Made by a program: the position numbers and the translations under genes
From: an uncultured Candidatus Saccharibacteria bacterium
GTDB lineage: Bacteria > Patescibacteriota > Saccharimonadia > Saccharimonadales > JANWIN01
Direction of reading: 5' to 3'
DNA: 35,631 nt
NCBI GenBank assembly: GCA_964469975.1
Contig: CAYYAF010000001.1
Coordinates: 1-35,631 of the forward strand
Shown: piece after piece, positions 15,461 through 23,789 of the stretch
Numbering within the stretch: position 1 is the stretch's first letter
How the letters are laid out: every line of letters begins with the position of its first letter
The notes under the pieces: model-generated
Told to the model about the DNA's origin: nothing
The model's input: only the letters and a program-made list of their open reading frames with translations
Database searches by the model: none

Positions 15461-15814
15461 ATGGCAGAACAATTTACACAGAATCAAGATAGCACTAATT
15501 ACAGTCGTGCGGGTATCCTAATAATTAGCGTAGGTATAATTGTTCTTTTACTAACCAGAAGTTTTGTAAAAAATCATTTTCCGGGGCAGGAGTGGCTTTG
15601 GCCATTAATATTGCTGGGTTGTATTATGGTTGTGGCCGTTACAGTAATTCAGAATCCTTGGTTTAGATTAATTCTAGCCTTGACGGTCCTATTGGGTTTG
15701 ATTTCTTTTAACTCTGGTAATGAAATATTTAGAAAAATATTAGGATTCGCCTGTATTGGTTTTGGCTTACTTCTTATATACCAAATTATTGCTAAATCTT
15801 TCTTATCTAAGTGA
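15461..15814 (+). CDS. Small membrane protein (3-4 TM), unknown function
   Basis: 117-aa ORF with TAGGAG SD. Mostly hydrophobic. Confidence 0.55.
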   Translation: MAEQFTQNQDSTNYSRAGILIISVGIIVLLLTRSFVKNHFPGQEWLWPLILLGCIMVVAVTVIQNPWFRLILALTVLLGLISFNSGNEIFRKILGFACIGFGLLLIYQIIAKSFLSK

Positions 15815-15913
15815 TGAATACAAGTTATGCACAGAAACCTTATGTATATAATTTGACAAATACGCAATCAAAGCGCTTAAATATAGTCATCAAAATTAAT
15901 CTCAGGGGGATCT

Positions 15914-16453
15914 ATGAGCAATGAGAACATGCGGTGGGCTCTAATGGTGGAGGGTATTGCGGCAATTTTATTTGGAATTGCAGCAGTATTTTGGCCAGGT
16001 CTAACAATAGTAACACTGCTTTACTTATTTGCGACCTTTGTTTTAATTAGCGGACTAATAAATATGGGCGGCGGCTTAATGAGTATTGGTCGCAAGGGCT
16101 CGTCTTGGGTAATGCGCACAATTCTTGGCATTTTACAGCTTGGAGTTGGTGTATATTTACTTCGCCATCCAAAGGTTACTTTTGCTACTTTTATATTACT
16201 AATCGGCTTTTCACTAATTGTCCGTGGTGTATTTGAGTTAGTAATGGCCTTTACCGATCAAGACAATGTCGGTCATCCAGTATTTTTGGGAATTGCAGGA
16301 GCATTAGGCGTCTTGGTAGGAATAGTAATTTTATTCCAACCCGTAGCTGGTGGTGTAGCTTTTGTATGGGTACTTGGTCTATGGGCTTTAGTAACCGGAC
16401 CAATGACTATTGCAATGGCAAATCAAATACCTAAAACACCAAAAAGAGCTTAG
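15914..16453 (+). CDS. HdeD/DUF308-family membrane protein
   Basis: 179-aa ORF with six evenly spaced Gly-rich TM helices in repeating pairs, typical of DUF308. GGGGGA SD. Confidence 0.65.
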   Translation: MSNENMRWALMVEGIAAILFGIAAVFWPGLTIVTLLYLFATFVLISGLINMGGGLMSIGRKGSSWVMRTILGILQLGVGVYLLRHPKVTFATFILLIGFSLIVRGVFELVMAFTDQDNVGHPVFLGIAGALGVLVGIVILFQPVAGGVAFVWVLGLWALVTGPMTIAMANQIPKTPKRA

Positions 16454-16475
16454 CAGTTTAGAAACAAATTAATTG

Positions 16476-16516
16476 CGCCTTGGTTTTGTTCTATAAACCA
16501 GGGCGTTTTTATTTTT
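16476..16516. terminator. Bidirectional intrinsic terminator between convergent genes
   Basis: 10-bp stem cgccttggtt / aaccagggcg followed by tttttattttt on the plus strand. It lies between the 16453 stop (+) and the 16522 stop (-). Confidence 0.7.
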
Positions 16517-16521
16517 ACGGT

Positions 16522-17175
16522 TTAGGTATTTTTAATGTGATTGTTGGAAATGTAAACTCCAAACACTATTAACCACATTGTTTGTGGATAAGCTACCAGT
16601 CTTTCCATACCGCCAATACCAAGCCCTAAATAGGTGTGTGAAATAAATAGTAAAAAAGCTACTAAGGATATATAACCCGATAATAATGTGTAGTAGCGCA
16701 GAGATTTTGGTATATCTAAAACTGTCCCCAAAACTATTAATCCAAGATTACCAATCAAAAACGGTAGCGTAGCCCCTATAACATGAAGAGTTGTGTTAGT
16801 ATTTTCGGGGAAAAGTCCAACAAGCAAAGTACCGATTCCAGCTACCGCCATGAAGCTAAAGCCCACCGCACTAGGTATAGATTCCTTAAACTCCCGATAA
16901 ACCAAAATTGCACCAACTATCATGGTAAGACCAAGAATAATAAACGATGCGTTCATTAAGTTGTGAAGCGGTGAGCAAACGTAGCGTTCACTATATAAGC
17001 CGCAGGCTGTATTACCTAAGTCGCTTATCGTATTAATTGACCAACTGTACGCTGGGTTCCAGGCCCTAGCTACAACTATCTGAATAATATAGTACTGGAT
17101 GCTAGTAATCCAAAAAATTGGCCCGACAAAAGGATAGCGCTCGGTAAAAGTTTTAATTGCCTTAGAAGGCTGCAT
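16522..17175 (-). CDS. DUF998-family membrane protein
   Basis: 217-aa ORF with 6-7 TM helices and the SWSINTISDLG motif typical of DUF998. Confidence 0.65.
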   Translation of the reverse strand: MQPSKAIKTFTERYPFVGPIFWITSIQYYIIQIVVARAWNPAYSWSINTISDLGNTACGLYSERYVCSPLHNLMNASFIILGLTMIVGAILVYREFKESIPSAVGFSFMAVAGIGTLLVGLFPENTNTTLHVIGATLPFLIGNLGLIVLGTVLDIPKSLRYYTLLSGYISLVAFLLFISHTYLGLGIGGMERLVAYPQTMWLIVFGVYISNNHIKNT

Positions 17176-17244
17176 AATTACAGGTTATCATAAAGTGGTA
17201 GTGGTTAGGCAGATGTGCTTTAATAGAATTGAAAGGAGGATATA

Positions 17245-17469
17245 ATGGCAGATAGCAAAGAAAGCCCTAAAAGAGCATATAAAAACAAGAAAGCTATGAA
17301 GACGGGCGGGGCTTCAAGCGGCATATGGTTTATGGGTTTTATTGGCGCTCTTGTTTATTACATACATGTACATTCCGGAACCCTTTGGTTAGTTATCTTA
17401 GCATTTATTAAGGCCATAGTCTGGCCCGGTATCTTGGTATACCATTTACTGCAGTTTCTTGGCTTATAA
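17245..17469 (+). CDS. Small membrane protein (2 TM), basic N-terminus
   Basis: 74-aa ORF with AAAGGAGGA SD 6 nt upstream. Confidence 0.6.
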   Translation: MADSKESPKRAYKNKKAMKTGGASSGIWFMGFIGALVYYIHVHSGTLWLVILAFIKAIVWPGILVYHLLQFLGL

Positions 17470-17484
17470 AGTTTAGCCCTAAAA

Positions 17485-17493
17485 TGTTATAGT
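17485..17493 (+). promoter_or_regulatory. Extended -10 box (TGtTATAGT) 7 nt upstream of an ATG: leaderless candidate
   Basis: TGTTATAGT-tttataa-ATG(17501). No SD. Confidence 0.5.
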
Positions 17494-17500
17494 TTTATAA

Positions 17501-17995
17501 ATGAGTCTGTTAAAAGCATTTTTTATTTCTGTAGGAAATTATTTTAAGCTAGTTACGGCCGGTAATTTACGCCTACTTAAAGACCGAAAGGGCCGCGCTT
17601 ATCATATTAGTGAACACGGTGAATATAGAGTTTTTAGGGAGACTGTAAGCACTCAGGAATATGCCGATAAACCGGTTGTAATTGTTATTGGTTTTAGACT
17701 TAAGCTAATAGGTAATAGTGGTTTTTTGCATTGGCTATTTCAAAAAGTTTGTATTTTTACCACGCCGTTCTGGTGTGGTTTTAATGGCTTTAAAATTAAG
17801 TTATGGATGGTTAAGACTAAGGGAAGTAATTATCTAGGCATTTATGAGTGGGCTGGTAAGGATAACGCTCAAAATTACGTGGACTGGTTGATCCGAATAT
17901 TAAAACCACTGTCTAGGCCTGAATCAGTTTGGTATAAAATTCATACTGATGATTTTGAAAAATTCTTAGAAGCCAGAGAATATCGACTTCCTTAA
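17501..17995 (+). CDS. Hypothetical protein (possibly an ABM / dimeric alpha+beta-barrel-like fold)
   Basis: 164-aa ORF. The pattern VVIVIGFRLK...GF..KLWMV...GIYEWAG...AQNYV is reminiscent of DUF4188/ABM-type proteins. This assignment is unverified. Confidence 0.5.
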   Translation: MSLLKAFFISVGNYFKLVTAGNLRLLKDRKGRAYHISEHGEYRVFRETVSTQEYADKPVVIVIGFRLKLIGNSGFLHWLFQKVCIFTTPFWCGFNGFKIKLWMVKTKGSNYLGIYEWAGKDNAQNYVDWLIRILKPLSRPESVWYKIHTDDFEKFLEAREYRLP

Positions 17996-18016
17996 GTTTC
18001 ATGCTTTTATTCGGCG

Positions 18017-18022
18017 TATAAT
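18017..18022 (+). promoter_or_regulatory. -10 box (TATAAT) upstream of the small ORF / sodC pair
   Basis: TATAAT lies 19 nt upstream of the ATG at 18042, with GAGGAAGGA SD in between. Confidence 0.45.
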
Positions 18023-18041
18023 GAGATGAGGAAGGATTACT

Positions 18042-18158
18042 ATGTTTTACTTTGCACACCATACACCCTGGCACACCGCGGGCATGAATTTACCAGCAGT
18101 AATTATTATTCTATTGTTGGCATTAGCTTTAATTTTAAGTATTGAAAGAAAAAATTAA
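18042..18158 (+). CDS. 38-aa His-rich membrane/signal-like peptide overlapping the sodC start
   Basis: Hand translation gives MFYFAHHTPWHTAGMNLPAVIIILLLALALILSIERKN. It has a good SD, and its TAA stop overlaps the sodC ATG (TAATG). It is below the ORF-track length cutoff. Confidence 0.5.
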   Translation: MFYFAHHTPWHTAGMNLPAVIIILLLALALILSIERKN

Positions 18159-18679
18159 TGAACCTTGATTTGCAATCCGCCAACAAAAAAGTTACTGCTA
18201 GAGCTAAGGCTAACGTTGAAGGTCCCAGTATTAAAGGTGTAGCTTCTTTCACAGAATATGATGTTGATGGCTGGAAATACGTACACTTAATGCTTGAGCT
18301 TGAGGGTGATTCAAATATCTTAAAAGCTGGTAAACATGCTGTCCACATTCATGAAAAAGGTGATTGTGAGTGCGAAGGTTTTAAATGTGCTGGTGGCCAC
18401 TTTGATCCCGGTCCTTCAGGTAATACGGACCCTGATGCTAATCATGGTTACCACGCCGGTGACTTGCCAAGTATAACTATTGACGACAACGGTAAAGGCG
18501 AGCTTGAAACTATTACTACTAGAGTAACACTATCTGATGGTCCGGTTTCAATTTTGCAGCCAGAGGAAGGCACTTCATTGATGGTACATGCTAACCCAGA
18601 TCCATATGGACCTGGTGAATCTGGTTCCGGTCATAGCGGCGGCCCACGCCTAGCTTGTGGACGAATAGAACGTAATTAG
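18158..18679 (+). CDS. sodC: Cu,Zn superoxide dismutase
   Basis: Contains HAVHIHEKGDC, GGHFDPG, HGYHAGDLPS, MVHANPD and GGPRLACGRI, the metal-ligand and disulfide pattern of SodC. There is no signal peptide in this frame. Confidence 0.85.
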   Translation: MNLDLQSANKKVTARAKANVEGPSIKGVASFTEYDVDGWKYVHLMLELEGDSNILKAGKHAVHIHEKGDCECEGFKCAGGHFDPGPSGNTDPDANHGYHAGDLPSITIDDNGKGELETITTRVTLSDGPVSILQPEEGTSLMVHANPDPYGPGESGSGHSGGPRLACGRIERN

Positions 18680-18690
18680 CTTGGCCTACG

Positions 18691-20232
18691 CTAAAATTCC
18701 AAGCTGCTTTGCCAGTAGGGTGTATATTTAGAGCTTAAAATAATCGGCCTTAGAATATTTTGAGCGTTTTTGTTTAGGCTGAGCACCGAATTGTTATTGG
18801 GCCAATACCAGGCTTGATCACTGTGTAATATAAAAGTTATAGCGCCACCGCCTAGCAAAAAGAACAATACAGCTAGGGATGCCAAAGCAACTCTAAAGTT
18901 AGCCCAGCGTTTAAGAAGTTGAGACAAAGCTAAAATAAACAAAAAGAATAATAGCGGTAAGAGCGGTGCTAAATACCTGCCCTGCACCGCTACTCTACGT
19001 CCAACTTTCAAATAATCACTATAGTTCAAGACAAATAAGGGCAATAAATAAACCGCAATAATTAATCCAAATAGTAAATTAACGGGATTTGTAAAAATTT
19101 TTCGCCAATAGATTAAACATAATATAGTACCAGTGCAGAACATGGTTAATAAGGTTAGGTATGGCAGTGGTAGAGGTTGACCAATTGAATATCCGCTGAC
19201 CGGCCCATTGATAGTCATCATGAGATTAAACAGCATGTGTTTTAACCACAGATAAAAGTAGTAAACCGGATTCTTATTATAATAAGCCGGCTTATTTGCG
19301 GCATAAATTTGTCCACGTTCGTAAATGCTATAAGACTTACAGCGCTGTTCGCCTAAAACTTGAACGCAACTTGGTGTAGCTGAATGATAACGTGCTAAAT
19401 TAAGGCCATACCGTTCAAAGACTAAAACAAAACTTAATAGTATGAATAAAACTACCGTAAATTTTTTAATAGACTTTAGGCTACTAAATTGTTTTTTTAG
19501 TATCTCAAAAAACGAATGGTTCTTAGCGCTGGCAAAAACAAATAATCTCCAAATTAAAAACCCAACCATTACAATAAAAATAGGAAGAAATGTATATTTA
19601 ACTAAATTTGTTAGTGTACCTAACGCCAAAAATAGTCCTATTGGCCATACATCAATTTTGTCGGCTTTTAGTTTTTCATAGATATTTATTAGTAAAAGTA
19701 AGTTTATGCTGAGCAGTAGTATTAATAAATTGTCATAGTTTATTTGGCCCGCTAACTGGACTATTAAAGGCGTGAGGGCTACAAAAAATAAACTTAGATT
19801 AACAATAGCTTTATTAGGCAACGCTTTTAATAACACTTTTCTAAACACCATTAAAGCAAGTATAAATAAACCAATGTTTAAAAAGCGCATTAGTATAATT
19901 TGGGTCGTAAAATTACTGGAAATTAGAGTTACGAGCCGCCATGGCAAAGCCATGATTAAGTGATATAGATATGACGGGTCGTGCACGACTGCACCAACAT
20001 TATCAAGACTCGTGGGTTGAGTTGCAAAAAACGAGTTAAAATGATGGGCATAGTAGTTAATTTTGGTAAGATGAGTGTCTTCATCAAAAGCCATTGGATA
20101 TATACTAGATACAGCTACCCATGCTGACTCAATAGCAAATACTAAAAGCGTAATTATAAAAAAACGCTCTGAGCTAACTATGCGCTTTAGCTGTTCAGCT
20201 AAGCGAGATGCTTGTTTATGGATTTTGGCCAT
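18691..20232 (-). CDS. GT-C fold membrane glycosyltransferase (PMT/ArnT-like)
   Basis: 513-aa ORF with about 12 TM helices and an acidic motif (AFDEDTH) in the first extracytoplasmic loop, as in GT39/GT83 enzymes. Confidence 0.6.
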   Translation of the reverse strand: MAKIHKQASRLAEQLKRIVSSERFFIITLLVFAIESAWVAVSSIYPMAFDEDTHLTKINYYAHHFNSFFATQPTSLDNVGAVVHDPSYLYHLIMALPWRLVTLISSNFTTQIILMRFLNIGLFILALMVFRKVLLKALPNKAIVNLSLFFVALTPLIVQLAGQINYDNLLILLLSINLLLLINIYEKLKADKIDVWPIGLFLALGTLTNLVKYTFLPIFIVMVGFLIWRLFVFASAKNHSFFEILKKQFSSLKSIKKFTVVLFILLSFVLVFERYGLNLARYHSATPSCVQVLGEQRCKSYSIYERGQIYAANKPAYYNKNPVYYFYLWLKHMLFNLMMTINGPVSGYSIGQPLPLPYLTLLTMFCTGTILCLIYWRKIFTNPVNLLFGLIIAVYLLPLFVLNYSDYLKVGRRVAVQGRYLAPLLPLLFFLFILALSQLLKRWANFRVALASLAVLFFLLGGGAITFILHSDQAWYWPNNNSVLSLNKNAQNILRPIILSSKYTPYWQSSLEF

Positions 20233-20239
20233 GGCTTTT

Positions 20240-20248
20240 AATATACCA
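20240..20248 (-). promoter_or_regulatory. Extended -10 box (TGgTATATT) 7 nt upstream of an ATG: leaderless candidate
   Basis: Minus strand reads TGGTATATT-aaaagcc-ATG(20232). No SD. Confidence 0.5.
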
Positions 20249-20275
20249 AATTAATCTTAGTATATATGTACTATT

Positions 20276-21697
20276 TTATTGAAAATCTAAATTATTCTTT
20301 ATATCATTAACAATTGCCATAATAGCCGAAATAGTCCAAGCCTGGCTATTTTCGGGAGTAGCGATATCATTGCCCAGGCCTATACTTTTAAAATATTTAA
20401 CGGCTTCCTCTTTATCGTACCAAATATTATTATCGTCATTGACATAAAAAAACTCATAGAATTCGCCTGATTTCATAACACTGTGAAGAATGTTTGATTC
20501 TAAATTGCCGGCTAGTTGTTTATAGCCAAATCTTTTTAGTCCCCTGGCCACCGCATAAGTCTCTTTAGGCCAAACTGTATAACTGCCATGGTAATCAATA
20601 AAGCCGGGCATTTGTTTGTGCGCAAGTGCTCTGGATCTAATTCCCGCTGGGGTTATAAATTCTTCACCCGTAATAACTTTTACTACACTGTCAACATAAT
20701 GCTCGGCCTGATTATTTGGTAAATCAATCAGTAAATTGCTGTCTAACAGTAGGCTGGGATTGGAGGTTAGAGTTTGAATTTGCCTGGTACCACCTTCAGG
20801 ACTACGATCTAAACCCTGGGCAAAAAAACCCTTTTCAGGCATCCATAACTTTTGAATAGTTTGATCTTGGACTTGTTTAGCTAACTGTCTCCAATCTTCT
20901 TTCTCTGTATCATTTTTTGCTACTAATTCACTAGCTATCAATAGGGCATCATAGGCATAACCTTGAAGCTCAACCGACGCAATTCCGTCTAAGCTATTTG
21001 CTAAGTTACCATCAGTATGTAAATACGAAGTAGTGGAATCTTTCCAGACTTGGTTAACAAGACCCGCATCTTTATTCATACGTTTATACTCAAGCAGTAG
21101 CCATGGCGAAGCTTCAATTTTTGCAGTTAACCACTTGGTAGCAGAATATATACTATCGGCAATTCTTTTTTCGCCTTCTTGAGATTTATAAATTTCATTT
21201 AGGAATTCTTTGCCGTATTTGTTTACATAGCCACCAACCAAACGAATATACAGGGGTGTAGCATCATAAGTGCCGTAGTAGCGTAAGTTATCACTATTTT
21301 CATCACCCCAAAGTTGCTGAAGTTTTTTTAATATATTAAGTGAAACTTCCGGTACAAGTTGGCCATTAAATAATTTTGGTCTATATTCGTGATGAATTTT
21401 ACCTGGTTCTTCCTCACTCTTCTCATCATACCTAACACCTTGCAAACTCGCTAAAGTATGTATAATTATCTTTGATAAATCTTGATGGGTTTCTAATAAA
21501 TCTTCAGCTACCTGCAGGGAGTCACGTCCAAAAATTGCGTAGTTAAAATGTACGCCTAGACTAGCATACACACCTAACTTGCCAGCACTAACTAAATTAA
21601 TAAAATCAAAGTCTGTTTGTCCGGCAATAAGTTTATTTAAGTAAGAAGTTCTTTCTTTTATAGGTAAGCTAAGCCACCTCTCAGCTGTTAGATCCAT
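20276..21697 (-). CDS. Amylo-alpha-1,6-glucosidase / GDE_C-like (alpha/alpha)6-barrel glycoside hydrolase
   Basis: 473-aa ORF with the blocks IFGRDSLQ, SVELQGYAYDAL and YHGSYTVWPKETYAVARGL, typical of the glycogen-debranching C-terminal domain family. Confidence 0.7.
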   Translation of the reverse strand: MDLTAERWLSLPIKERTSYLNKLIAGQTDFDFINLVSAGKLGVYASLGVHFNYAIFGRDSLQVAEDLLETHQDLSKIIIHTLASLQGVRYDEKSEEEPGKIHHEYRPKLFNGQLVPEVSLNILKKLQQLWGDENSDNLRYYGTYDATPLYIRLVGGYVNKYGKEFLNEIYKSQEGEKRIADSIYSATKWLTAKIEASPWLLLEYKRMNKDAGLVNQVWKDSTTSYLHTDGNLANSLDGIASVELQGYAYDALLIASELVAKNDTEKEDWRQLAKQVQDQTIQKLWMPEKGFFAQGLDRSPEGGTRQIQTLTSNPSLLLDSNLLIDLPNNQAEHYVDSVVKVITGEEFITPAGIRSRALAHKQMPGFIDYHGSYTVWPKETYAVARGLKRFGYKQLAGNLESNILHSVMKSGEFYEFFYVNDDNNIWYDKEEAVKYFKSIGLGNDIATPENSQAWTISAIMAIVNDIKNNLDFQ

Positions 21698-21723
21698 ATC
21701 ACTAATCGTATACTATAAGCAGT

Positions 21724-22782
21724 TTAGCGCAAGGCTTTGGATTTTTTTATAACTTTTTTGTACGCCTCAAGATAATTTAAAGCCATGTTTTTTGCGCTAA
21801 AGTTTTGGGTAACATGTTCACGACATTTAGTGCGATCAATTTTATCAATATCACTGACGCGCTTTATCATTTGGCCCACACTGCCGCAAAGATAACCAGT
21901 TACTCCATCTATTAGAATTTCAGGTATGGAGCCCCTAGCAATACTTATGACGGGCGTACCACAGGCTAAAGCTTCAATGTTGGTTATGCCAAAGGGCTCA
22001 TCCCACTGTATGGGCGAGATCATAGCTTTAGCATTACTTAGCAATTCGACTTTTTGTTTGTGATTGACTTCGCCTACGAATTTTATTTGTTTACCGTCAA
22101 TTAATGGCTTTATTTCTTTTTCGAAATACATTAGTTCAATTGGATCTATTTTTGCCGCAATTATTAATTTATGGCCAGTTTCTTTTGCGATTCTTATTGC
22201 CTGCTTTGGACCCTTTTGAGGATGTATTCTGCCTAAAAAGACAAGGTAGTTATTGGGTTTTGGGTTAAATTTAAATCTTGTTACGTCTATACCGTTATAA
22301 ACCGTTGATACGTAATTAAGTTTTTTAGCATGTTGACGTTGAGAATTGCTAATACTTACGTAAAACTCTTTTTTATATAAGTTGTGCATATAGCTATCGG
22401 CGGGCTCAGATAGTATGCCGTGAAGAGTTGTAACAATTGGTTGCTTAATCATGTCCTTGAATAGTAGTAACTGCCATCCAAAATGATTGTGCACTATATC
22501 AAAATCCCCGGCTTGAAGTAATAAGACTGTCTTGGTTAAGCCCTGGTAATTAAGACCTTGGCGAATAGTGGGTATCTTTGCCTCAGGTAAGACTCTAATA
22601 GCCTTTTTCACTACGGGGGTTAACTTTGCACTAGTTTTAGAATCTTTACTTGCAAATAAAGTAACATTGTAACCAAGCCTTACTAGCTCTCTGGCCAGGT
22701 TCCACACAACTCTTTCAGTTCCACCATATGTTTTTGGCGGTACCGGTTCTTCAAAAGGCGCAACAAGCGCAATGTTCAACAT
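21724..22782 (-). CDS. GT4-family glycosyltransferase
   Basis: The N-terminus MLNIALVAPFEEPVPPKTYGGTERVV is a typical GT4 start, and EPFGITNIEALACGTPVI is the E-x7-E region. The start is set at the ATG at 22782 rather than the track's TTG at 22848. Confidence 0.8.
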   Translation of the reverse strand: MLNIALVAPFEEPVPPKTYGGTERVVWNLARELVRLGYNVTLFASKDSKTSAKLTPVVKKAIRVLPEAKIPTIRQGLNYQGLTKTVLLLQAGDFDIVHNHFGWQLLLFKDMIKQPIVTTLHGILSEPADSYMHNLYKKEFYVSISNSQRQHAKKLNYVSTVYNGIDVTRFKFNPKPNNYLVFLGRIHPQKGPKQAIRIAKETGHKLIIAAKIDPIELMYFEKEIKPLIDGKQIKFVGEVNHKQKVELLSNAKAMISPIQWDEPFGITNIEALACGTPVISIARGSIPEILIDGVTGYLCGSVGQMIKRVSDIDKIDRTKCREHVTQNFSAKNMALNYLEAYKKVIKKSKALR

Positions 22783-22886
22783 AAAATGCAAGCTGTTATA
22801 TACTCCACCTAGACAGTTGCCAGGTGTAAATATATCAGTTATACACAAAATAAGATAGTTTTATAGGCGTAAACTCTCCCCCCGTT

Positions 22887-22895
22887 TGCTACAAT
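22887..22895 (+). promoter_or_regulatory. Extended -10 box (TGcTACAAT) 7 nt upstream of an ATG: leaderless candidate
   Basis: TGCTACAAT-aagcaaa-ATG(22903). No SD. Confidence 0.5.
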
Positions 22896-22902
22896 AAGCA
22901 AA

Positions 22903-23787
22903 ATGAGCAGCGTTATAAGTTTTAAGAATGTAACGAAGAGTTACGGTAAATCTAGAGGTATTAGTAATGTTTCATTCGACGTTAACAGAGGTGAAGTCTT
23001 TGGGTTTTTAGGCCCTAACGGAGCTGGTAAAACTACTTCAATTAGCTTAATGGTGGATCTTATACGTCCGAGTAACGGCAGTATTAATATTTTTGGCTTA
23101 GATAGTGTTAGCAGTAGTTTAGAAATACACCACAAGATTGGTTTTTTAATGGATGACATGGCTTTAGATAAGGGTTTAACCGGTTGGCAGCAACTAGAAT
23201 ATTTTGGCAATTTAAGGGGTAGTTTTAATAAAAAAACAGTCGGTGAACTGGCAAAGCGGCTAAATTGCAACCTAAAAGTTAAGTTTAAGGCATTATCGCG
23301 AGGTAACCGTCAAAAAGTTGGTTTAATATCGGCCCTTATGCATGATCCAGATTTATTAATATTAGATGAGCCAACTAGTGGTTTAGATCCGCTGGTTCAA
23401 GCAGAATTCAATAAAATTGTTCTGGAGCGTAAATCTCATGGCAAAACTGCTTTTATTTCGTCTCACATTCTTAGCGAGGTACAGGAGCTTTGCGATAGAG
23501 TAGCTTTTATAAAAGAAGGCGAAATTATTGGCGTTAAAGAGTTGGAAGATATCGGTAAGGGCGCACCTAGTCAGGTACATATTCATTGCCGTGACAAACA
23601 ACTGCCGGGCCGTCTAAAAAAGTTTGTTGGCATACAAGACCTAAAAACTATTGGCAACAGTTTAAATTTTACTTATACCGGTGAGATAAACAATCTACTG
23701 GCAGCACTCAGTAAATATAAACTATCCCACTTAACAATCCAGGATGCTGATTTAGAAACAATGTTCATGAAATATTACGAAGGTTAA
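22903..23787 (+). CDS. ABC transporter ATP-binding protein
   Basis: Walker A GPNGAGKTT, signature LSRGNRQKV, Walker B LLILDEPTSGLD, H-loop SSH. Confidence 0.9.
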   Translation: MSSVISFKNVTKSYGKSRGISNVSFDVNRGEVFGFLGPNGAGKTTSISLMVDLIRPSNGSINIFGLDSVSSSLEIHHKIGFLMDDMALDKGLTGWQQLEYFGNLRGSFNKKTVGELAKRLNCNLKVKFKALSRGNRQKVGLISALMHDPDLLILDEPTSGLDPLVQAEFNKIVLERKSHGKTAFISSHILSEVQELCDRVAFIKEGEIIGVKELEDIGKGAPSQVHIHCRDKQLPGRLKKFVGIQDLKTIGNSLNFTYTGEINNLLAALSKYKLSHLTIQDADLETMFMKYYEG

Positions 23788-23789
23788 TA

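Noticed and set aside
16585-16593. DnaA-box-like TGTGGATAA, considered as a sign of a replication origin.
   Set aside because: It is a single occurrence inside the DUF998 coding sequence, with no cluster, no AT-rich unwinding element, and no dnaA or dnaN nearby.
18106-18348. 80-aa minus-strand ORF across the sodC start.
   Set aside because: It is antisense to two plus-strand ORFs that have SD and motif support. It has no start context.
22878-22883. C6 tract in the GT4/ABC divergent promoter region, considered as a phase-variation switch.
   Set aside because: The tract is short, and it lies upstream of an extended -10 promoter that does not depend on spacer length. I see no evidence of variability from a single sequence.
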